From Balanoglossus misakiensis (Eukaryota; Animalia; Hemichordata), in contig CM082578.2 in assembly GCA_040954595.2 (NCBI GenBank), positions 11,105,166 to 11,169,165 of the forward strand: DNA of 64,000 bases. The letters are read 5' to 3'. Each line of letters begins with the position of its first letter. Position 1 is the first letter of the stretch. Shown here one piece after another: positions 1 to 11,000 of the stretch. Made by a program: the position numbers and the translations under genes. The notes below the pieces were generated by a model. It did no database searches and was not told the origin of the DNA. It saw only the letters and a list, made by a program, of their open reading frames with translations.

Positions 1-1375
1 CTCTGAAGGTCACATCCATTGACATATGAACTATGTGCCCCAGAATATTAAATACTGACCGTACCCTAAATCATAATGATACAAGTTTCCACCGCATGAT
101 TTTGATTGATTGAGAGTGGTACACCTTAATTGTAAACAGTATAGTACCATTTTCCCCCGACCCGTCAAATTGTGCCAGAGGTGTTTACATTTGTATAACA
201 CGTTTACTGATGTGTAAATATTGAGCTTGTCTCGCCAACCCAGCTGTTCGCTTTCTCCCCTTGAAATATGAGTTTACAATTCATGATACCAATATGCACA
301 TATCTTTTTTTAAATATACGGTTTCTACTGGTACATGATCGGGGATACAATAGAAAGGTCCTGCGCTTGTCATATCAGCCCGTCTATATGCTCATTGTAA
401 CCAGGCGCACGCAAGCCTTATTGCTGCTGGCCAACGTTTGCTGGTTGACTGGTGCTGTTGCCGTTGCGTTTATTTTTAGAACGTTTTTTTTTGTTTTGCT
501 TGCATGTACACGGGCCCAACTAACAGCACTAGACCGTAAGATCAGAGCTATCAGTAACTGCAGTAAATCATTGTACACCAGCTGCAACATTTCTAAACAT
601 CGCTGCTGCATATACATGTACATGTAGGTTGACTGATCGAGAAAAAAAGGAAAATCAGTGACAGTCACATTTGCTATGTCCAAGTGTCTTCAAGTTTCAT
701 TTCCAGATGGTGGAGCCATCTATATGTGGTAAAAGCAGGAGTTGTCGGTAGTCTGCATATTAACTGGACGGATTGATGGATAGATGGATGGATGAGACTA
801 AATATATCTGAGCACATGTACGCCCGTACCATTCGTCTATTCTTAGGTTTTGTTCGTACATCCATTTCAGTGCATTGTCTGGTCTGCTTGACAGGGCTTT
901 GAGGAAATTGAAGTCGACCTGCGCTGGTCGGTAAACGTCACGTGCTCCGCCACACAGGGTTTTATGACGTCACCATGGCGCTTTTAGAAAAATTACTTTC
1001 AGTCTCGGGTTCGATAAAATTAAAAAAAATGCTGCCCTTTTATAATGCATGGGAGATTAGGTAAAAAGTCATTTCAGTGAGAAAATGGTGTTTTGACATT
1101 TCGGGAATGATTTAAATGGCACTGTTATTACACAAGTAGGCATCTAAAGTGCGCAGCCGTGAACCGTTCTCGATGAGAAGTCTCGTATACACACACGTAC
1201 TCACGACATCTGTAAACATCTCGAGACTTCTTTGTTCTTTGTGTGATTGTGGTGCAATGTTTTAAAAACTACACCGTGCCTGTAAAGACAAATGTGGTTC
1301 GAACAGTAGAATGCTCTCAGAGAGTAACACGTGCAGAATGACTGATTGACTGACTGACTGACGGACTGAACGATC

Positions 1376-1464
1376 GAATGAATGAATGAATGAATGAATG
1401 AATGAATGAATGAATGAATGAATGAATGAATGAATGAATGAATGAATGAATGAATGAATGAATG
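1376..1464. repeat. (GAAT)n microsatellite, ~22 units, flanked by short (GACT)n (~1340-1368) and (GACA/GGCA)n (~1508-1547) tracts
   Basis: Directly visible tandem tetranucleotide repeat; source of the spurious 'HSFIHSFI' ORFs. Confidence 0.97.
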
Positions 1465-1918
1465 CGGCATGTTGAGAAGATAGGTGGAGGAGCAATGAGA
1501 TGAAAGTGACAGACAGGCAGGCAGACAGACAGACAGACAGACAGACAATCACATTGTGTTAGCAAAATTTACATGGACATAATAATGATACACAGTAATT
1601 CAGGACACCAATAGGGTACTTGATGATAGCATCACAAATTGAAAATGACATTGTTGAAAGTAATGATGCAGGAAATTAATATAATGTTCGGTTACTATGG
1701 AGACGATCTCTCTTAACGGAGGTGGCTGATATCGCGAATGGAGTGCAATGACAATATGGACGTATATATAGCTGTTTGAGTTTTGAGTGGTGGCGACGAT
1801 TTTCATATAGGACTGCATGAAGGTGGACAGTACTGCCGGAAGATAACGCAATTTTATTCCAGTCTACTTTCTAGCCTAAGCAGGGTTTATTCATGGGTAT
1901 GTATGTATTCATTTGCAG

Positions 1919-2046
1919 ACCTCGTGAAAATATTACTGGAAAAAGGCGTTGCAATCAGAGACGCGCTTCTACACGCTACAGATGTACAGTTTACACTTGC
2001 CATTAAACCCATATGCGAAGAATTGTCAAGACGCGGGCAGCTGGGG
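1919..2046 (+). CDS. TRPC: TRPC visible exon 1 (ankyrin repeat; DLVKILLEKGVAIRDALLHATDVQ...)
   Basis: Acceptor tttgcag|AC at 1918/1919, donor GGG|gtatga at 2046/2047; DALLHA is typical of TRPC ankyrin repeats. Confidence 0.85.
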
Positions 2047-5000
2047 GTATGATACTTTGTCTGTCTCTCTGTCAAATTAACTGATGCGATCGTTCAATTT
2101 CAACATATATCACTATCTAAACATGAACTTAATTTATGTATTAGCTGAGGACATTTTGCGTCTGTGTTTCTTTCTCTCTTACGGTATTTTTTTTTGTTCG
2201 TCAGGAGGGTCTAAATTGTCGTGACTCCAAAAACGAGATCCATCCAGACATTACACCGGTGGTTTTGGCGGGACATCACAATAACTACGACATCCTGAAA
2301 ACTCTACTCGGATACGGCGCCTACGTGGAAGACCCGGACAAGTACGACTACAAAACGGAAGAGTTCACGCTGGAGTACTCGGTCGGCAGAATCAACGTGT
2401 ACCGAGCGCTGGTGAGCCAGGCTTACATCTCGCTGACCAGCAAGGACCCGATCTCCAGGGCGTTCGACCTCAGCTGGAAGATGCGCCTGCTGAGCGAGCG
2501 CGACTACGAGTTCCGCCAGCAGTACATCGACATGGCGGAGCAGTGCGAGAAGTTTGCGGCGGATCTGCTTGGACAGGTGCGGGACACGGAGGAGCAGACG
2601 ATCGTGCTGTCCCACGACCCCGAGGAGTGGCTGCACAGCCGCAACTACACGGAGCCTTTCAAGGTTAAGAGGGCGCTCCGTTACGATCAGAAACAGGTGG
2701 GCATTTTGTCGGATTGTACTGTCACGAACGATACCTCTTGTCTGTGCACGGAACTGCTTATTGGAAAACAAGTTGCTATGGGAAACAAAGGGTCAGCTGT
2801 GCATAAAACGTGTCCTTTTAAGAAACAGTAATCAACAGAATTAATTTTGCGTTTTTCTTCTTTTTTCTTGACAGTTCGTAGCCCATCCACACTGCCAACA
2901 ACACCTGATAGAGCTGTGGTACCGAGGCCTGCCTTCCTGGCGCAAGATGAACATGTTGAAAACCTACACGATATCGGCCCTTATCGGTCTGGCCTTCCCG
3001 ATCCTCTGCATCAGCTACATCCTCGCCCCAGGCACCAAACTCGCTCGCCTGTTGAGGATACCGTACCTGCGCTTCGTTTGTAACCTAGCCTCGTCCATGA
3101 CTTTCCTGGTCTTTCTGGCGTTTCAGAGCCAGCCGCTCGACTTCACCTCCCTGCCGGGGTCAACTTTCACGGACGTTTCCAATGAGTCCGCGAACGTCAC
3201 GCTCACCACCACGACAACAGTACGGGATATGAAGGGACGCATTCAGCCGATGGATATATTGATTATGATTTACGTACTCGGTAAGCCCCCTTCTTCGTTA
3301 GTTACCCGAACACAGCATGAGACTATAGCCACATATGGAATACTGTGGAAACCGTCGATCACATTTTTTATCACTTGGAGGCCACGCGAAAAAGATTGCG
3401 CCGCCACATGTGATAATACACAGGTTCGAGTACAAATAAATACTCGGTTTTCTGGTCCGGCCAGGGATATAAAAATATACACTACAGACTGAATGTCCTG
3501 CACATGGCGCGCTTGCCTGGCGCGCTCAGTGGCTTGCTGCGCGCGCCAGTGGGCTCGGTCCCTCCGGGCCCAGCAGGCCCATGGGCCCGCAGGGCTTGCT
3601 AATTAAATGTGTTTGGTGGGCCCGCATTCGGGCCCACCGGGCCCAGCTAGCCCATGGGCCCGCTGCGCTTGCTGTGTTTGGCGGGCCCGAATGAACACAT
3701 GAGAAGTCTGTCAGTCTTAGAATGAGAAGAAGGCATGTTTGAGAATTCTGGAGTTAAGAATTGGGCTAGCATGTCACCCGTCGGAATAAATTACATGTAG
3801 ACGTTTCGTGTGTGTCTGCACATGGACGTAAAAAGAGATGGTCTGCATGTGTCCGAGATGTAATCAATGTGTCATGGTTTACCACGACAAATTCTAGCTC
3901 AGTCTTCTTGATCGGGCCTAGATTGATCATTGCAACCTAATCATCAAAGTTAGCAAACATGTAAGATCGTTCGCGTTTGCCTGGGGTTCTACCTCCATTA
4001 CTCGATCGGAATGTGACTCGATCTCTCTTCGTGATGTGATGTCGTCGATCGACGCCATGTTTGTTTTAATACATGATTGTACAATCGCGCGTAGCTATGG
4101 TCTAACGCAGGGACTCTCTACCTGTTTCATCGCCTGATAAATTAGATGGATATTCTCAAAACAATAGAATGAATATTGTGTTCTGATTGCATTCTTCGTG
4201 TATCAAACTTTTATTTTATTGATTTCCTTTTGTTGTCAGCCACATGCGAGTAGCCTGGCCAATAAACAGTCGTGTTTACTCGGTAAACAAGTGGAATCAC
4301 AGACTTGCCTCAAAAACAAGAGTAGCAGGTGTAGTTCCTTTCCGTCCCACCTCCATGTAACAACATACAGTCCGCATCAAACAAGCACTCCTGAATAACT
4401 ATGAAATGTCTAGCTTGTGCTCATTCTGTCAAACTATTGCATAGACTCCAGCCATATTCAATGCCAGTTTAAGTAGATCTTAAACTCACCGTCAGTGAGT
4501 TAGATACAGGTGCACACATACATGTATGTCACATCAGAGTAGAATAAAAATGTCCTCAAGTACAAATAAACAGCAAAACGGGAAAATGCATCGATGTCGG
4601 AACTACTAAAGTCGACAATCAGCTCTGAACTTATTCAGTAATCTAGTGCTTGGGGCGGAAACTTTAATGCAGAACACACTCTCTCGATATGCAAATATAA
4701 CTTATTGAAACTCGTTGCCACACAAACAAATGACCAGAAACCATCGACACGGCACAGTCTATATATACATGTACACTGAGAAGCCATAGAGACGTGCATG
4801 TTCAAATAGACCTTCTGAATAATGATCCATCGAGCAACAACAACAAAAAGGAAAGGATCCTTTGTACTTTAAATACGACCGAACTTTGCGAGGATTATCG
4901 GTTTGTCAATACGGTAACAGGTCGTTTCGGCCCAAAAGATTTTCGATCCCAATCGTTTCGGCCCCCAATTTTCACGACCCCGGTCTGTTCGGCCCCGACA

Positions 5001-8000
5001 CCCCAGTCGTTTCGGTACTTATCGGTAATGGCCCAACTAAACTTGGCTCTAGGCCCCCTGACTCATTGTTGCCTAGTTCAGTAAAGGGGCGATGTCAGTG
5101 GGACTGGCAGTGAGGGGAGACGGTGCATGTTCTCGTTTGTGGTACCGTGTGTTTTGAAATACAGGAGTCGACAAATGTGACGTGGAATAATTTGTACACA
5201 ATTTTCTTTACCCCAATACAAAAATGCCTTTCAGCACAGAAAAAAAAAACAAAGCAACGCCATTATCGTTAACACCTAATTGTTTCTCCCAATTTGAAGT
5301 GGTCTCTTTCGAAGATAAAGGATTCGTCATGAGAGTTACTCATTGTACAAACTGACCACCTGTCAGACATTGTGGATTTTCCTTACATTTCTGCTTTCTA
5401 TCCGAGTTACTACCTGTCACCTGTCAGACATTGTGGATTTTCTGCTTTCTATCCGAGTGCAGAGCGGGAAAACCCGCTGAGGCTATACCACTGTCAGAAG
5501 AAACAGCGAGGGCTTCGAACGTACTTTTATTTTTCACACTTAAATCACTGCTCGTAAATTAATGCATCAAAAGTAAAAGTTTCCTTTTTCCTTTTAAATT
5601 TAAAAGTATATATGGCCTATGTCACGATCAAAATTGCGATTGTGTTTATAACTAGCATAGCTGCAATAATTAGAGTGATGGGTAGCTATTTTCGCTTGGT
5701 TGAATCACGGTCACTCCACAAGGGTCGCGGACGTAGTCAGATTTATGGACGAAAAAGTCAGAACAATCAAGACCGAGAGTATACTGCGAGCAGTCATACG
5801 CATTGATACTCATATGAAATCAACAATGAAGAATAATCTGCATAACAGGAAAAAGAAAGCCTACTGCACATTAGTAAATCACAGGTGTGAATGGGGTGGG
5901 CCCCGGGAGGTAGCCTTTGGTCAGTAGGATCGTACCGGCTACCCCATAAATGTATTTTTCACTAATTTGTGCGATCAAGTTTTTCTCCTCAACATGATCT
6001 CCAAAACTATAGAGTCTATTGCAGATTCAAAATCATATCCAGGGAATCCACAGATCGCGATTCGTGTTTTCTTGTGTTTATATTTAGCTGGAATAATTGT
6101 AACGGCACCGTGTCGCTGTTTTTGGTGTAGATGCCCGCACACTTACATGCAATGGACCGCAGTTACGTTGCGCGGTCGTGATGTAATTTAGGAAATAGTG
6201 ATACACTGCATCTATTAAAGCTTATCTTTGTTTCAGAGTAAAAATCTACCCGCTTTCTCTGTACTGTATCTCCCAGCGTCCACGGGTGTTACATGTTTAT
6301 GCTCGGCCAGCCACGTTCTTCAGGTTGTTATCACCTTTTTGTTCGTCAGTACTTCAAAATAAAAAATGTGTGAACTCAATGAACAAAAACTTCTGAAGTC
6401 AGTACATTTTTGTCTGTGATTTGTTTTAAAAATACAATTTGATGCGCCGGTCACTAGGATCCTAGGGTCATAGTTCTGAGTGTCAGGCTCGTGAAAACAA
6501 GAACAATCTATGACTCAAATATTAGATACATACTAGTATTGTAATTTGCGTCTTACAAAGCACAATAATGTGACTTCATCCATTTCCCAAACAGAGAAAC
6601 TACGACAAATCAGTCAGAGTATCGACCACACTGTTGTCTGTGATCGACAACACGTATACGCGCGTCCGTTCACCGCGACAATAATGTGTGTAACGATCGT
6701 TCAATTCATTCGATCAGGCACTATGATCATGCCCCCGCCGATTCCATCAGCGCCCACCTTGTCACCAACACCACTCCCACCACGCCCAGCCGCTGATATT
6801 ACACCACCGTTCCAAACTACACTACAGCCGGCAGTACAGCCGATTCTCACGTCTCCGCAGACAGCGTGGATGATTGAGACTTCTCCGCCTCCACTATGGT
6901 TCCCTCCTATCACCGGGGATGTTCTCATACCAGAATCATATATAGACCGGTGTAAGGTCGTAAGTTGCTCTATAGGCAACTTTGCCAAGAACCTTGTGTT
7001 TATGGTTTATTCGCCGAGTGAACGCGCCGGACGTAATTGCACAGGGCGTGTGTTTGGGGGTACCAAACAGAAATTGAAGTTAAGTCCCAGAAGGCTTAAG
7101 AAAGTTGAAGGAGCAACTTTCCGAAAATATTTTAGAAATAATGGACTCCGCCCTGACCATTAACGATGGTTTATGGGCAAGGGCGAGGAGAAAGCCAAAA
7201 ATTCATAGGCTCGGAAGCCTCGCCCATGAATTTTGGCTTTCCTCGAGCCCGCGCCCATAAACAAACGTTTATGGTCAGGGCGGAGTCGGTTATTTCCATT
7301 ATATTACCAACAAAATCAAGAAAACCGTCAAAATTTACGAAAATGTCCCACTAGGGGCCCCGGAACTTGTGTTACGCAAAATTTTGTATTCACTTAACTG
7401 TTTGCTAATATTACTATTCAGATTTACGGGGATGTAAACAAACCATTACTGAGTATTTGTGGTCAGTGACGTCGTTCATCTCGACCAATTAAAATGCGAC
7501 GCACAGGCCATGGTAATATAATCCCACGATTTCCCGCGATCCGCCGAGCGCGACGTGTGGTCAAAACAGTGCATCAAGGCAATCGATAAAGCTCTTCGCC
7601 GTTGATGTTTTTTTTTTTTTTGGGGGGGGGGGGTACCGTAGGGGGGGCTTTATCAGCATGTTTGTCGGATTGTCATTCTCTCGTTCAGAAAGGAAATGTT
7701 CCCTTGCATTTGTACAACTAATGTAGTGTAATTGTGTTTTAAATGCTTAATAAAGAAAACTAACACTGACAACGGACACATTTTGTTCGTAGTGAATTAA
7801 ACGCCCCTCCCTGAATGCCTAGTCTGAAATAAAACTTATGTTGAGAAGGAGAGTTGTACATTGATTAACGTTTTCAACGGTGTAGTACCGGTGTAGCAAC
7901 GATCCAGATACGACTCCGACGGAGAATGCTTTTCGCCTGTGCTGCGCCGGTGTTAATTTTCGACAGCGATGACGGGTGGTTCAGATCCAGACCGAAGCAA

Positions 8001-11000
8001 ATATACAGTGAGAACGCAAAGCACAACCCTGTCGTGACTTTTGATTATGTTTATCTAGGTAACCTATTGTCTTGGGTCAGTTTCCATTGTTGAGTCAATA
8101 ACACTGGACGCGAGTGGTTTTCTAGCCACTCGCAGTTATTAGCCGGGTCTGCCACCAACTTTAGGTGCTTTCGATCGCCGAAAAGACGAGGCGTTTTCGA
8201 TTTGTGGATTAACATCCAGTACTTCTAAACAATATCAAAACGGTCATGAAGAAGACGACAAAGTCGTCCAGAACGCATATCCAGGTATAGAAACTGAGAT
8301 ATGTTGCAATTACATGTCCTCGACGTCCTCAATTTTTGTTAGTTGCCGTGTTCCTAAATACATTGCCATTTAGACGGCGTTGATCTCAAAACAATGTCCG
8401 TTTAGTGTGTGGACGCACACAGATTCGGAGGGCTAATCCCCTGTTAGCAAGAAACAGGAAGTGCTACGATATTCGTCATTTTTAAGTTGCTGCAATTGAT
8501 CTGTAGTTTGTACGTGTATGCTTTACATGTATGCATCTGTGGTAACATAAAACACAGGTTACAAATGAACATAAATGACTACATGTACATAGTGTTTTGA
8601 ACCACTAGCATTCTTTATCTGAATTGGAGGTTGCGCAACTAGACTAGAAAAACCAGAAATGCCATGGGATCAATCAAACGTTTTGGGGTTCAAACCGACC
8701 GGCTTCCTTCAATACTTTTTGCGTGCATGCTTGCTTTCGAATTTGGGACTGAGCTTGTGGTTTCGGGTAGCGTGGGTCTACGCGTTCCCTACACATAAAG
8801 ATGCCCATAGACAAGGAGCAAGCCTAGCGCGCCAGGTAAACAAGCGCGCTTCCTGTGACCCGGCTGGCCATGCAAGCCAGGTAGCTCATGAATATTCAGA
8901 ATGCAAGCCTGGCGCGCTCAGCAAGCACGCTCACCGGGCCTGGCGAGCAGGGCGAGCCACCTGGCTTGCTGCGTTCAGGAGCAGGCGCGCCAGGTAGAAC
9001 AGGACATTCAGTCTGTAGTGTACATGTATATAAAACTGCACACAGCTTTATTTCAAAACTTCTCGAACTCCTATAAATGTGCACCAAATTGTCTCAGATT
9101 TCATTATTCAATAAAATACAGGATAGCTATCCAGAACCATAGGTATGCATGCTTTAGACGAGCTGTAAACGTATGAACAAGAATAAACATAACGTGACAT
9201 TTCGTTTTCAATATAATTGACGTGTTTCACTTTAATGGACGGAACAGCAGCTGTGTCTATATGGGCGTTGAATTTGCCTTAGCAATTGCGATTAGCGTCC
9301 GGTGACAGATGAGTTTATATGTTCATCCTATGACAGATTGGTTCCAACTTCTAACCTGGGATCGCCAGCACTGTCATTTATTTGCTGGTAATACATCGAT
9401 CGTCGAGTAATTATAAATGGTGGGGATTAGTTTTACAGCTAACCGGGAAAGTACGCCATTGTTGGTGCCTGGGTTCAGTTTATCGCGCCACAACAGGTTG
9501 TCGTCACGGTTTGAAAGTTGTAAACTGTCAGATACGTGATTGATTTCCAATATATGGAAGGCAGACATGATACTTGATGATTATCCGCGTTCACATATTT
9601 TGAGACTTGGCGCGCAGGGACATATGCTAACAAATGATAACTCTAAACCCTGCCCCCCCCCCCCCAACAAAAAGCTAAATGCAGAGTGATCGAGCCTCGT
9701 AACAATCACTGCATGTAGCCCAGGCGAGAAGTTCTGGATTATTGTCATGATACAGTTCAATGTTGGACGCGAAAACACATTTGTCTGTGTCTATATCAAA
9801 CAGTCCGTTTGATAGGGTTGTTTTGGGGGGCATGACGACAATTGTTTACTCAAACACGTGCTTTTCAGTGGAAACATAAGACCTTGGGCACTTCAAAGAG
9901 AAAAGGATGTACAATAACTGAACCATATGGTGCAGTTGACTTGTCTATCCATTCATACGTTCGATTCTGTATACAGGCATTTAGGCAGAAATATGATTTC
10001 CTAGAAAAAAAAGTCAATAAAGAACAGAAGACGGATGTCGACGTCCACTAATGCGTGAACCGGCAATTGAGGATAGAAGAGTTTTTGTCATTGTCAGGGT
10101 CGGAGTGACGCACACAAAAAAACCTCGAGTGTTTACCACTGGTCCACAAACAACATTTTTAAGCTGACAACGTGTTCGTGGACAAATACAAGTGAACAAA
10201 ATCAATGTCACCAATCCCCTTTGTATATTTTCCTTCGTTGTTGTAGGATACACGTGGTTTGAAATTCAAGACATCGTGAAATATGGACGTAAGGGGGTGA
10301 AAGACAACTTCAAATGGAAGTTACTGGACTACATGATGCTGACGATGTACTGGGCCTGGATCTTCCTGAGAATAGTCGCGAATTTTTCGGTGAGATATTT
10401 TGAGCTTAATAGTCGACAAAATGATAAGCCAGTTTGGTCAGTAAGAAGTTCGAAGGCGCTGTCGCTCTACTGTATAAACTTTTAACTGATAATTTGTGAG
10501 TGATATAAACGCCAGTTCAGTTTGTCGACACAGACTTATAAAGCTTGCATTGGCATATTTGACCAGTGAATGCACGGAATAGTGGAAAATGATAAACGAC
10601 TAACAAACCAGCAAGATAACAAGTAATATGGTGATTAATCTTACTGATATGCTTTAGGTATTCTGTCCACACGCAACAGCAGTTGAGAACAGCTGAGTTT
10701 AGCAACAGTTGGTTACACATTATTAGTCAAACACTTACTTTTTATCTTGCTGAATGACTGGTTGATTTGCTAGTCATTACGCCATATGGGACCGGTGAAC
10801 CCTGTCGCAAAGTATTGGTCCAGCTTTTAAGTATTTATCACGAATAACTGAAGACACACGCCATTCTTTGATAAAAAAAATAATACTTATTAAATTTCTC
10901 CAGTCTCCAAAAGATGCGACAGTAGTCTCTTGAGACCTCGGTTTGCTTCCCCGAGAAAATAACTCGTTGCCACTGATTCACAAATAAAACTGTTAAAATT

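Larger units (their letters stand above)
3480..9020. mobile_element. 5,541-bp non-autonomous DNA transposon with CACTA...TAGTG ends (EnSpm/CACTA-type), inserted in a TRPC intron; carries a BEN-domain gene
   Basis: Perfect 21-bp TIRs CACTACAGACTGAATGTCCTG (3480-3500) and CAGGACATTCAGTCTGTAGTG (9000-9020); TA on both flanks (3478-3479, 9021-9022), a candidate 2-bp TSD; GC-rich subterminal repeats at both ends; no transposase ORF seen. Confidence 0.85.

Noticed and set aside
871-930. Possible upstream TRPC exon (tttcag| ... |gtaaac)
   Set aside because: In the phase needed to join the 1919 exon it contains a TGA (909-911) and has no ankyrin-like sequence; the 5' exons probably lie upstream of the window
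1201-1565. ORFs with HSFIHSFI / CLSVCLSV repeats
   Set aside because: Translations of microsatellites
2304-2771. 155-aa antisense ORF (similarly 11106-11792 and 14399-14800 on the minus strand)
   Set aside because: Shadow ORFs of GC3-rich TRPC exons; no independent protein features
3770-4060. Minus-strand ATGGCG start with short broken reading frames inside the CACTA-like element
   Set aside because: Stops within ~45 codons and no recognisable transposase motif; cannot be called
5700-5927. Possible upstream exon of the BEN gene
   Set aside because: No convincing splice sites or recognisable domain
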